The notes under the pieces: model-generated | What the model was told of the DNA's origin: nothing | The model's database searches: none | The model's input: the letters and a program-made list of their open reading frames with translations, nothing else | Shown: positions 14,023 to 26,548 of the stretch, one piece after another | How the letters are laid out: every line of letters begins with the position of its first letter | Position numbering within the stretch: position 1 is the first letter of the stretch | Assembly: GCA_002633005.1 (NCBI GenBank) | Contig: NMRA01000019.1 | Span: 444,710-508,709, forward strand | DNA: 64,000 nucleotides | Direction: 5' to 3' | Source of the DNA: Phoronis australis | Lineage: Eukaryota > Animalia > Phoronida | Position numbers and translations under genes: made by a program

Positions 14023-15769
14023 CATGCTATAAACATTCCCACTAAATAAGATTGGTCCTAACCCCAATGGTCAAGGTAAACGGTGGGGTTTGGAAAATTG
14101 AACTAGACCGTATTTATCCACCTTGGCTGAGTCGCGCTCGGCTCACGATCAAAGGGATGCCGCCAAGCTGCTCTATTCATCGAGTCACGAGCGAGGATAA
14201 TTGGCTTCGCTCATGCGGATATGATCAGCTGCTTACTATCTAGCTAGCGGACTGTATTTTTTATAGAGAGAGTTTTACGTAGTTTTTACTGTAATATTTG
14301 AAAAGAGGAGCGAAAACAAATATGAGTACAACTTTGAATTTTTCAAATCGGCCCAGGATAAGAGATTTTGCAACACAGCAACACTCATGATTACTTTCAT
14401 TCGGCGCGCACGAATACAAAAATATAGGACCCAAGTTATTTAGATTTTGGAACACATGCATTGCAATATTCAAAATACGTTTATTATGAATCTTACAAGC
14501 TGTAAAACGTCGTTGTTTAATTTCATTGTGCTCATTCATTGTCATCCGTCAAATCGGCAATTCCGAGATGTGATCTGCGGCGTGCGTGTATGTGTACAAA
14601 ACACGTGATTGTTATGTTCCTGAAGAACGATAATTAAGAAACTTTAGCATGCCGTTATTATTGACAGGGACACGATAAAACGAATTTGGATTTCGACTAT
14701 AGTCTTGATACAGCGAGCTGGCTGACCACTGCGTCAGTGTCTCCGTTAGACCCAGAAATTTCACACAGCCTGGGTAGTTCACCTCGTCCCCAACATGTAG
14801 ATCGAGCCTTGGACTATAGTACTCCACGGTAGACCAAAGGACCATCGGCCTGTGCACACAAAATCTGTGAGTTAACCAGCACTCACCTTGCACGTTGCAG
14901 CCGTTTAAGTGAAAAACAATCTAGTAAACGCCATTTTTTTGCATAATCCTCCGCCATTTGTAACAAAAAAGTATGTCGTCGATGACCCGCATACTACGCA
15001 CGCTCACTCACTCTCATACGCAGACGAACTTCAAAACAAACGTCACGTGACAACAACATGTGTGTTCTGGTGATCCAGAGATTTTTCTCGTGTTGTGGGG
15101 TACGATGTAGCGCAGATTTGGACTTAATCGCAATTAATCTGGACTCCACATGAACTTTAAAAATTGTAAAACATGAGGAAGATTTCAGGTGATTTGTTGA
15201 GTCGAAACTATATTTTTATTCAAGAGTTCAAGTTTTCCTATTGACGATCGCGATTCAGCGACGCATCAGTCGGCAAGTTTTCGCCATGTGATGAGCACAA
15301 TTTTTTGAAAAATTATCGTAATTTAACAACGGAAGTTGATAGCAATGCACCACAATTTTGTAGAAAGACTGTCATAGGCTACAAATACGTCACAGAGTGT
15401 AAATTTGATGAATCCTAGCTTCCGATTTTACCTGTTTGGGAAACCGGGTTTTAACTGCCGTAGGCTACAATGAGTGTCCCCTCCTGGTGAAATGAATTTT
15501 TCTAAGTGTTTATTAGAGCCAATACAGTATACAGCTTTCCACTTAGGCTAGGTGATGCTATGACATTATTCTTTGTTGCATTAATAACTGGTCTTGGCTA
15601 ATTATCATTTTATGGCCTGGTCATCCATTCAGCCAAAAGTATTTCCAGAGGTGGCTTATCAGCCAATTATTCACGCATGCTGACTCACAATAGAAGCCTG
15701 ATAAGAGTGAAGGTGGATAAATGTGGTGTTCCTACAGTTTCTTGTGGTAGTGGATGTGTTCATGACATG
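14023..15769 (+). mobile_element. ~1.75-kb non-autonomous interspersed element, copy A
   Basis: Highly similar along its whole length to the reverse complement of 48156-49901; the ORF track shows matching peptides at 14052+/49681- and 14612-/49063+. CATG at both ends, imperfect ~24-bp TIRs. Confidence 0.9.
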
Positions 15770-17389
15770 ATGATGAAAAACATGAAACTACAGCTCTGAA
15801 ACACCAGTTTGAAGTTAACCAAGGTCGGTGTCCCTGCATAAAGTACTAAACCACTGAAAGCAGAGACACTCTGGCAACCAAACACCTGCTAATGATTGAC
15901 AGGTCTACTAAATACTTTGAAAATAGTTTGAACATTGCAACATTTTATATACATTGCAAAGTTGAAAGGGCCATTAACTTCTCTCTTTCATTAACTGGGG
16001 ACTTTCCTTAAGTAATCTTACAATGTGGATCTCCAAATGGAGAAATTCTGATTGAGAAGGCAGCCAAATGATACACTGGGTGTCCTTGCCAGGGCGTCCA
16101 AATTAATAGGCTGCATGAATGCCTGCTTGAATCTGCCATTCACTGAAGAGCAGACAAGATGATTATACACTCTGCCAGAAACGATATTTTACATATACAT
16201 GTATACGCTGGTAGGTCTTTGATTTGATTTGGTTGCATTTTTTCTGTTTTTGGCTTTCAAACTTGCCAAATCGAGTCTCTTAATTGCAAAAAATACAGGC
16301 AGTGTTCTTAATACAAGACAGACTCAGCGAAGCTGAAGGTGAGTTGACAACATAGAGAATTTTTCACTTACACTGGTCACCTCTCAGATTTTCTTAGCCC
16401 CAGAAACTATTATGATGCCTATTCAGCTCACCCTTTGTATTGATGTAGATCTGAGCTAATCAAGTGGTAATTGCTAGCACTACTGTCTCAACAATGATGG
16501 TTGTCCTTAATGCCCAGATTGGTTTTCTCTGGCACTTGCACAGAGTTACAGGCTGCAGTTGTGGAGAGTTAGTTTTAACTTGGTACAATTACAAAATGAC
16601 AAAAAAGTTAATTTATCTTAACCAAGGGCCACTTCCCAAAGGAACGATGGTTTTAAATATGTTTCATACCGAATTACCGGTTTTTTTTATTTCGTTTTTA
16701 ATACTCCTGTCTACTTGTTTTTTTTTCTTACCGGGAACGGGTTAATATCTTTTTATTTCATGTTCAAACTTGAAGAACCAAAACAATGGTAGATTTTGAT
16801 CGCCAGCAGACTACTTACTTGAGAATCAAACTTTCCAGATTACAGCTACTAGTAAACATTTCACAGCGAACAAAACTACACGTGCCATTAGTTCAAGTTT
16901 AACCTTTATTAGAACTCATATCATAAAATACATTAATATACAAAAGTGCAATGTTTGTAGTTTTTAGCTTATTCATCGATTTTTAAAAATCTAAAACCTT
17001 GGCTGTTTTTTTCCAGCTGCCGGAATACGTACCGCCGTGGTATTCGTGTTTAGCGAAAATTATTGGTTAATGCATTTTGAAAATTCGCCATTATGTACAG
17101 GCAGAGATGTTTCCAACAGTTTATTGTCGGGTAATTACACTTAATTGGGTCTTGCTTGCACTGGACAATGTGGTCATCACAACTGTATAAGACTCCAGCG
17201 CCTCGTTCTTTGATCCTGGTAACAGCTGTTCAGAAGGACGAGCGGTGAAAATTCCCGCAGAAATTTGTGACTTCCTTGTAAAAGTATTATTCACAGTATG
17301 AACTTGACGGAGGCGAGCTTGGCTTTGGGTATTGTAAGTGTTGGGTCAAGGGGGTTGTGGGTCAAGGGGTTTATCCCTCAAAAAGTGCT

Positions 17390-17398
17390 TGTGTCTGT

Positions 17399-17442
<44 letters not shown>
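17390..17442. repeat. (GT)n microsatellite
   Basis: Direct reading: gtgtctgtgtgtctgtgt(gt)n. Confidence 0.97.
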
Positions 17443-17443
<1 letters not shown>

Positions 17444-18738
17444 AAATAACCATACCCCATGTGATATTAGTGCCAATAAACTATTTAAGAAATTCTCTAA
17501 TTTCTGACAAGTCTATATTCAAGTGCATCACTTTGTAACCCTTGTTAATACTGACTATAACTGTCAGTACCTTGAAATATTTCAACTTAGTTGTCAGGCA
17601 GTGATTAGTCAGAGGCATACCTGCACTGTAATTCTAAAACCCATAAACCAAATTCAGTGAAGCAATCCTTACTTTGGCCTCGAATTGCACAGATATTGAC
17701 TTCATGTACCATGAGTGAGCTACTAAGTCTTTTGTATTTAAACTGACTGGAACGAGGTCCTAAAAATCAAACCCGCATTCAAAACCAACTATGTCCTAAA
17801 ATTTACCAAATATCCACATGCCACAATTCCTTGATGTTTTTGTGACATAAAACAGGAAAGATAAAATTGGCACATGTGTGCACAGAAAACCCACTTACTG
17901 TGGCATTGTCTTAGTCAAATTAGCGAGTATTCTACGATATATAAGCAGTCTGTGCTAACTAGCTTTCTAAGAAGAACACTTTCTGTATATTCTTGAGATT
18001 TTTTGTTACATAGTAAAATCGCATCAAGCAAATTATGGTTAACAATGGATATTCCCACAAATTTGCTGACAATTCCATTAAGCAAGTTGTATCTAGAATT
18101 CAACATCAACGCCCTGTTATTAGAGTACCAGGCAGAGTCAGAAAATTGTTTTTTCCAAATTGATTTCACGAGACCTAGCAATTACTTAGATGAGCGCGGA
18201 ACAACGTCAAAATCGTCAACCCTAATGAGAATATCCACGGTTATCTACTACATACTAAAAATATGAAAAACTTAACCTGGTTGTACGTGATAACAGTGGA
18301 AGACAACACAGGATTTGTCTAAAAGTTTTGTTGTGCATGTTTTCCTGCCAATTTGTAACAAGTGTTTTCATTATCCACACAGAAAATCCATGCTATGTTG
18401 GACATACGACTTGTACTTTGTCAGGTAGAATATTGTTTCATGTGCTATTTAGAATGCGATGTACAGCTTGAAAATTCTTAAAACCCTTATAATAACATTT
18501 TAATTAATCCACCCATCCATTAATTGTCATGCCACTAGGACTCAAAAGAATTTTTTCCAAGGTAGCGTATTCTCCCCATAGGAGTCTCACTGTAGTTGTT
18601 CTATTGACTTTTGACCTTGTCTAGATTATTAAACTGCAACTCTCAATGTGCATAGTTTAAATAACAGACAAGAGTAAAACATTAGTACCTCACTTAAAAT
18701 TATAATTACTAAATTCGGTACAGATTTTCAAGAGTTTG

Positions 18739-19925
18739 AACAAGAATACCGGTAACCCACTTCGCCGAATGGGAAGCTTGTTCAAGCCTCCCGAGCCATC
18801 CCCCGGGTGCGCGCTTGTTTCATAAAGCTCCGTCAAGGAGCTTCAAGCTGATACAGAAGACAACGAAAAAACAGAATTGCCACTAGGGGAACACAACAGC
18901 AGTCGCATCCGTCTAATGTGATCGTTGTCCGTTGTCAACTTCACACCAATATGCTTGCCAAATTTAATAAAGATCCAACCCAGGGTTAGGGAGATACATC
19001 CATTAATGCAAAAAACTGCCACTAGGAGGCATCAAAGTAGTCCATGATGTACAAAAATCATCAGCCATCCTCTTCACAGTAGAAACATAAAATACAAATT
19101 TTCAAAATCATCCTCATAGTGGCTTGGTTGATAGAAGGGTGGACGCCAAAACAGATTGGAAAACATTAAAAATGGCCACTAGGTGGTGGAAAATACATAA
19201 AATAACATTCAAAAATGGGAACATGTCATCACTTCTTTATCAAATTTCAAAAAAATCTGTCAAGGAACTTAAAAAACAAAAGAAAATGGAAAAAAATGAA
19301 ATTTCCACTAGGGGCACAGCGTTTATCTGATCCGTCCGAAAGTCGCCGTATGTTGTAAACTTCACATGAATACACTTGCCAAGTTTCATAAAGATCCTCC
19401 AAAGGGTTTAAGAGATACAGTCATGGGCGCAAAAAACAAAGGTACCACTAGGAACCGCTACAGTAGTCGGAGTCGGTGGAAAATCGTCAGTCGTCTTGTT
19501 CACAGTAAGAACATATTGTATGCAAATTTTCACAATCATCCTTAGAGTGGTTTGGTTGATAGAGAGATGCCAAAAATGGTAAAAACAGCCACTAAGTGGC
19601 GCAAAATACCTCAAATTCATCTGAAAACAGGAAGGAAGTGCCAAGTCACTAAAAAATACCTATTTGCCAAATTTTATGAAAATCCATTGAAAACCTTTGA
19701 AGATACAGTTTAAAGTAGAAAACTAAAATTGCCACTAGGGGACAAAATGGTAGTCCTATCCATCCAAAAAATTTCCTCATGCTGCCCCATGCATGAAAGG
19801 ACCAGTGCGCAAAATTTCACGAACTTACATCAAAGGGTTTTGGAGATGCTGGGCAGACGTATAGAGGGGCAGGGATCATGATGGCATAATTCTCCCACAT
19901 AATTAAGTGTGTGGGTGCATAAAAA
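18739..19925. mobile_element. DINE-1/HINE-like (Helentron-associated) element with internal ~140-bp tandem array
   Basis: Begins AACAAGA, has seven CCACTA(G/A)G-anchored units, and ends with a CCCACAT...GTGTGGG hairpin and GCATAAAAA. Related fragments at ~21590-21880, 31685-31885 and 49908-50090. Confidence 0.65.
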
Positions 19926-21959
19926 GGAAACAAGAGACTCATCTTTATGAGAAAATACTATACTTCAAAAATGTCTGACCCATCAGTAATATACAGGTAA
20001 GACAAATTTGATCAAAATCCAATCAGAAGTTTGAGCATTGGCCAGCTTACGCCAGACGGACACCAGGGTCACACCATAATGCTGTCCATCTAAGGGCCGA
20101 TGTATATAAACATTGTCTGAAATCAAGCTAGGGTACAAAGCTTTAAACTTATCAAGCATTTACTTGGCACTTAACTTGTCTTTTACAATTAAAAAGGAAA
20201 AAAATTCACTTCTACACCATACTGTGTTCCAAACTGGTGAGACTTCACCTTGATTATTTCAGAATTTACGCTGAGTCAGGTTTTAATTAATATCCTGTTT
20301 AAATAGGAGCTGGTAATCGACTTACTTAACTTATTAATTCATTTGACTGAACCTTGTCTGCTTACATCCCTTTGTCTCCATGACTATACTATGAAGACAG
20401 AATTGGTTTAGATGGCATGGCAACTGCTGGAAGTTACACACTTCTCACCTTCCTGTGAAGAACTTTCTTAATATATACTTCTAAATAAACAGTGATAAAA
20501 TGGTGGGTAACTGAATTGTTTTGGTGGCATTTATTTTTGTCTTTTATAGTTTAGTGTATCAACAGGTATAAAACAAAATATCATGAATTAACGACAGAAG
20601 CAAGAACCTTAGATCTGTACATATGCAATCCCCAATTTTAGTTGAACCGATTGGATTGTGTGCTCACATTTGCCAAGGTACGTATATGTTTAAGTTAAAT
20701 CCGTTTCAAACAACCACCTCTGACTAAATCAATTCAAGCTCAACTGCCTGCCTGATTTGAGTCACAAACCATTAGTTCCCATCAATTCAAAGTCTCTTGT
20801 GTAAATGAGGTATAAAACTTACAAAATACCATACTAGTGAGTGGCACACAATATTTTCATACTCTTAAAAATAAGGTCTTAATTCTGTCTTGCCAGAAAG
20901 AGAAAACTCACGAACACTTCGTCAGAATTATTTTGAAAAACATTCACAACACTCCTAAGGATAGTAGCCATCCTCCACTGTCTAAATACTAATTGACTTT
21001 TATGACTAATGATATACAGTCACTTCGTAAAAATATCAATTAACTAAAAATTACATGCTGTTTAACAAATTAATACCGATTTGAGTTGGGAATGTTTTAA
21101 TTAAAACTTTATTTTAGCAATAAAATGGAATGAAATAAAATCCGATCCCACCGTGGTTTAAGTTCCCCTCAAGCCTTATGATGCACATGAGCACATGATT
21201 AGTATACTCTGGGACTAATGGATTATTACTGGCAAGTATAATTGAGGAGAGGCAAGACAAAGAATGGTGACGACAGAATGTGAAAACAATGGACATAGAC
21301 AAAATAAATTATTGGAATTATAGCTGGTCTTCGCCAATGTGTAACTGTACGGTAAAAGTTCCTCACATTCGAACAAAAATAACAGCCAAACTGCAATATC
21401 TTCAATTTTCAATGTTCATCGTATTGCCAAATACGTTCAAAATGTCACCACCTGTTTGTTGATTACACCGGTACTATACAGTTTTAATAAAATCTTTTAA
21501 AATTGTCCTCTAGTTAACTCTTGTTGAAAATTTCGACAAAATAAAATTTTGCCCTTCTGCCATCTGAAAACGGTAAAATAGTGTCATCTCAATAACAGAT
21601 GGCTATCTACAAAATTTTATGAAAATCGATAGATAATCTTTGAAGATACAAAGGTAAACAAAAACTAAAATTGCCACCAAGGAGCACACCGTTGTCGTAT
21701 CCATCTGAAAGTTGGCTAATGCCAGGAACAGATGTGCAAAATTTCATGAAAATACATCAAAGGGTTTTGGAGATAGAGCAGCAGATGCCTGACACCGGAT
21801 GTCGGGCGGACAGACAGCGGACGAACAGACACCAGAGATGGGGAAGACAGCATAATGCACTCACATGTAAATATATAACGTAGTGAAGCACAGAGTAAGA
21901 CGCACATTAATTGAGGATATGAAATCAACTACCTACTGGATTTTTTGATTAAGTATTAC

Positions 21960-22162
21960 CTGATGTTCTTTAAGAAGTGTATCACATTGAGCCAGAAGTT
22001 TTCTGTCAATTTTGGCTTCCCAGCAAGCATCAGTCCCAGGAGTTGCTGCCCATGTATTCGCAGGAACGGAAATATGGCGTTCTCCGTTAACATGTAGGTA
22101 TGATTCAGATCAATGGCTATCAGATTGTTAAACTTTCCACTCTCCATTAGCTGCAGCAGAAT
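21960..22162 (-). CDS. FipoQ: FipoQ-like exon 7 (LRR)
   Basis: TTTTACCAG|ATT acceptor, AG|GTAAT donor, phase 0-2. Encodes ILLQLMESGKFNNLIAIDL...FLKNI. Confidence 0.9.
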
Positions 22163-23651
22163 CTGGTAAAAAATGAACATTTGTACAAAAATTCATTGGA
22201 TCATAAGAAGCCCTCATGGTCATATGTTGGAACATATCTCAGGAATGGCAGATCGGATTCATAAGAATCTTTCAAATACTAAATAAATGCTTTAAGACAC
22301 TGTCCTCCATATTGTTTCATGCAGTGTTCGCCTAAATAATTTCACAAACTGCTTTTAAAATGTATAATTTCACTTTTGTACGAGGGTATTTTATCATTTT
22401 TGTGAAAAAAATTTAAAGTTGCATGATGATTAAACAAAATATTTTAGAAAACTGTAAAGCTGCATTTTTGAAATCACATCTTGAAGGTTTAACTTAATTT
22501 GAACACGTTATAAATACCGATTGTTCTGCTTTCAACGTACCTTTCTTTTTTGTTAAATTTTAACAAAAGACAGTGCCATGTGTTCGAAGTGACATATTCA
22601 TTCAAAAATTAAATTCTTCAGGCTATACACTTTCAGAAATATATACTTTTACAGAGAAAATTGTTATAGTTTTTGTACATATTTGGCTAATGGCAGAGTT
22701 GTCAATAAGGTCCTACAGAGAACTGTCAAGTACTTTAAAACTCAGTAAAAAAACTGTCCAGAACCCAGAATTTCCACTTAACAGTTAAAATCTACCTGAG
22801 AGAGATAAATAGTGTAGGAGACCAGGTACACTTCAGCATCTGGATATGTCGGACAAGCCAGCGAAATTTTCTCAATATATTTCATTGAAAGATATGCAGG
22901 ACTAAATCAATGTTTGAGGCACAGCTACCTGGTGTGACCAGACAATATTACTGTGGGTATTCACAACAGTGTTTGAAGCCTTTGAAACATGAAAAAGGCA
23001 ATATTGGTAATGATCTTTTTTGTCCGAAATCGGTACAATTTTACAGTAGCATTTACTGGCCATTTTTGACTAAATGTAACAACATGATGAAATGCACATT
23101 TTTGCTACATAGTGACAAGAACAGGGTAGATGTTCTACACATTTGCATGGATTTAATGCAAAGGAATATTCTGCAGGGCTGGGTTGCAGAAAATGTCAAA
23201 ATTATCCGCTGGATATGTTTAATTGTTGCATGACGTCAGGTGCATTGGTCAACAATAACAAATGTGGCAAGTGTGATAATGTGCCGTGATCGTTGCTATG
23301 CAGCGTATAGCTTTTATGCAACTGGGCCCACGTTCTTTACAAATTGTCTGCATTACCCACATCAGTGTGACACAAACCAACTCGTCTTAAATCAGGGAAG
23401 AAAAACGTCAAAATTGTACTTTGTATACATGTTTTGGGCAAAGGAGCCTACGCATAGAAAACTAAAGGCCATTAAATCGATGCATGGTTAATTGTTACAG
23501 ACTAGATTATTTTACAGCCTGTATTGAACAGCCCTGTAATTTGTTCAATAAAAACAATATAAAATAAACACAAATAAATGAACAAGCCTGGAACAGCTTT
23601 TTACTTTCATATAAAGCTAAAAAGTCTCAACTAGGCTCTGGTCTAATGGAC

Positions 23652-23693
23652 GATCTTGGTGTGTGGAGAAGATGATCTTGGTGTGTGGAGAAG
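23652..23693. repeat. 22-bp tandem duplication
   Basis: GATCTTGGTGTGTGGAGAAG occurs twice with a 22-bp period. Confidence 0.9.
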
Positions 23694-23734
23694 GGCAATT
23701 GATGGCTTTAAGGTTTTCTCAAACCTTATTTAGT

Positions 23735-24075
23735 GGCCTCCATTCTAACTCGTATATAAAAAAACTAAGCTTTGTCAACTGGTAAAAGTATATATTTTCT
23801 GAAAGAAAAAAGATCAGGGAATACAAAAATATTTTTTGTATTTTTGTACTATTATTATTATTACTTTAACACCTATTTTAAGTCAAAATTTCATTTTTAA
23901 GAATGGTACTTTCATAGCAAAATACCCCCCATCAATTTTAATGAAATCTTGTTTAAATGAAAACTTCACCAGTTATCTCAAAAACACTGTTAGGAATTTT
24001 CAATTTAGTCTTTTGTTTGGTTTCTATGAGAAATCAGCTCGCAAAACGTAAGGTATTTTTGTAAAAAATAGAAGT
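23735..24075 (+). repeat. Interspersed repeat, diverged copy at ~54141-54450
   Basis: Shared CATTCTAACTC.TATATAAAAAAA...AACT.GTAAAAG.ATATATTTTCT...CTCGCAAA.C.TAAGGTATTTTT. Confidence 0.7.
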
Positions 24076-25014
24076 CGTATTGGTTTCGTATTTGTTACAT
24101 TAATCAAAAACTAAGCCGTTATATCGAACATCCTAACATACTGTTTTTGAGATTGATAAATAAATTTTAAGTTTAGAAAGTTTCACCAAAATCCACCAAG
24201 CCGTTTTTCGAGAACTCGTGTTCCTAAGTTCAAATGAAGTCGTTTTGCCGAAGCCGAGAAAAAGCCGAATAAACTGAGACGAGTTAAAATCTCAAAGTGT
24301 TCAGTTAATTATTCAGTGAAAACTTGTTTCGGTCAATATAACCTATACACGCCTTAACCATGTTAGCTATTTCAACATTCACTCACACTGTCAATTGAAT
24401 TTGCAGTGCGTAATTAACTTAATTATCATTAAAGTGTACCGTCTCCTGCCACAGGGTGGGATCAACTGTTACTACTGTTTGACCTACTTAAAAGTAGGTC
24501 ACATTTCATTGTTATACACATAGTCTGTACACATCACGTGCCGGGAGACTGACATGAAACCAAGTAAGAAATGGATAACAAAAATTGAATCGGTGGTTAA
24601 AGCATGTCATTAGCATGAGATCGAAACAGTGAAATGTCAATTTACTAATTGAATTAATGAACTTGGTTGAGGATTTATCTCTTTTCACGACTTGTATATG
24701 TTTATGACCACAGAGGCGTGAGGCGACTCATAGCATTCGTTCTCAACGCCAACGTTCCTATGTATGTACATGCACAACTCCCTCAGGATTAAAACTATGT
24801 TTTGTCTTAAAGTTTGTTCTCCCCAGCACCATTCTATCATAAGTACACATCGTTCACTCAATTTTATGGTGAATTGGTGAATGAAAGGACTCTCAGAGGG
24901 AATACAAACTTAAGCTGATCTGTACCTGACAGGAAATTTGATTTGAGTGACAGCCATGTAACCTTTGGCCTTGGTTAAGTAGAAAACAAATATCCATGCG
25001 GCTGTGCGGTTCCA

Positions 25015-25480
25015 AGGTGGTTCTGCTAAATCTTTTTTTCTCGCTATGCGGTATATATTTTGCATTTGAAGAATAAAGATCAGGGTTATTTCTAGACGCA
25101 TATGAAATATTGTAAAAATGGCCAATTTCTGTGAATATGGTTTGAGATAACCATAAGGCAGGCCAGCTCAAAGCAATAAAACACTCAGGCTAAAGTAGAT
25201 ATATCGTGGACTTCAATTGTTGATATTCAAACTATCTGGCTTATGAAATTTAATTCCTCATAAAAAGTAATGATAGGATAATTTTACCCCCAAAATACAG
25301 TACAAATGAGCCAAAATTGATGCGTTTTAAGGTTTTGGTTCTTTGGTTCCCCTTGAATGTTTTTTTGTGTTCTATCAACTCTCGGCCATGGTAGATAATG
25401 CAAGTTGTGATGACCCTGAGTACCAGCTGCATTGTGCGGTGAGCCGGGGGGGGGGGGGGGGGGGGGGNCTCGCTAACCTT
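25015..25480 (+). mobile_element. Non-autonomous DNA transposon (Kolobok-like ends); partial second copy at ~55598-55745
   Basis: AGGTGGTTCTGCTAAATCTT start shared with 55598 (preceded there by TTTA). The right end CTCGCTAACCT is followed by TAAA, so AGGT/ACCT ends sit in TTAA-like contexts. Contains a poly-G run and the N gap at 25468. Confidence 0.5.
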
Positions 25481-25725
25481 AAAATCATTTTGTGCATGCA
25501 AAAAAGAACTTCACTTTGGATGTGCTCAATTTTTCTTGAAACAATGACTTTATTGGCCTTATATGAAACAGTGATTGATGTTTTCTTTGGCCTTATACAT
25601 TTGTATGCAGTATTTTAATACTAGTGTAACACCATTCATCTTCAATGAATTGAGAGATACCTAATAGTCATAACATCATCGAAACAATTTTCTCAGACCT
25701 GAGGAGAATGTGAAAAAAGTCTTAC

Positions 25726-25892
25726 ATTGTCATCAAAGAATTCGCAATGTCCGAGCGCAAGGTATCGGAACCCGGGTAATCTTGTAAGAAAGTCGGAGAG
25801 ACATGCCGTCGAAAGTTCGGTTGAGGTTAGATCTAGTTCACTTATCATCGATTTCTGCCACTCAACAGCTTGCATGTGTGAATCGGTGACAC
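25726..25892 (-). CDS. FipoQ: FipoQ-like exon 6 (LRR)
   Basis: CCTCTAG|GT acceptor, AAT|GTAAG donor, phase 1-0. Encodes SVTDSHMQAVEWQKSMISELDLTSTELSTACLSDFLTRLPGFRYLALG. Confidence 0.92.
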
Positions 25893-26033
25893 CTAGAGGA
25901 TAAAACCAAAATTCAGTGCATAACATCTGATCATAGAGCCAAGCCACAGGTATCACCTGAAATATGACAGCTCCAGGGTACCTTTGTACAAAACCAGTAT
26001 CAATCCAGGGTATTTTCACCAATCTGATATAGT

Positions 26034-26548
26034 TGCTTTCCCATAAGAGGCGAAACTTCACGTTTACTGAGAAGTTTCGGTAAGTGGGAAAGGTTAACTC
26101 CGGTAGTTAATCGCCAAGCGAAACTTCACTTAAAATAGTAGGATTTAAAAGTGAAGCTACGGTGTAGTGAGAACTCTTAAAGCGAAGCTTCATTGACAGT
26201 ATCAGTAGAGGTCGTGACAACGACATACAATGACGCGGGACTTGTAAAATATGTTCTTTGTTATTGTGGTGTACCAGACATCCTCTCAATAGACCATCAT
26301 AAATAAATAAAAGAGAGATATCTGATGAAGAATGATACTGATCATTTTCATCAACACTTCGTAAATGGCAGGTGAACAATTTTCAGTTAGCCTCGAACTC
26401 ACTACTCAGTATTCGTTTCAGAGTGCGTATTCAATGAACAGCTTCTTGTGTTGTCATAGCGATAACTTCGATATTGCTATTAAGTGGGAAAGGCAAGCGA
26501 AGTTTCGGCAAAGCTTCAGTAAACCGAAGTTCCCCTAATGGGAAAGCA
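26034..26548. mobile_element. MITE with imperfect TIRs (Harbinger-like)
   Basis: TGCTTTCCCATAAGAGG..AACTTC..GTTTACTGA matches the reverse complement of TCAGTAAACCGAAGTTCCCCTAATGGGAAAGCA. Internal AAGTGGGAAAGG repeats. No clear TSD. Confidence 0.65.

Noticed and set aside
14052-14893. ORFs duplicated between the two 1.75-kb copies
   Set aside because: Conservation simply reflects repeat identity; ORF starts and stops differ between copies and no domain is recognisable.
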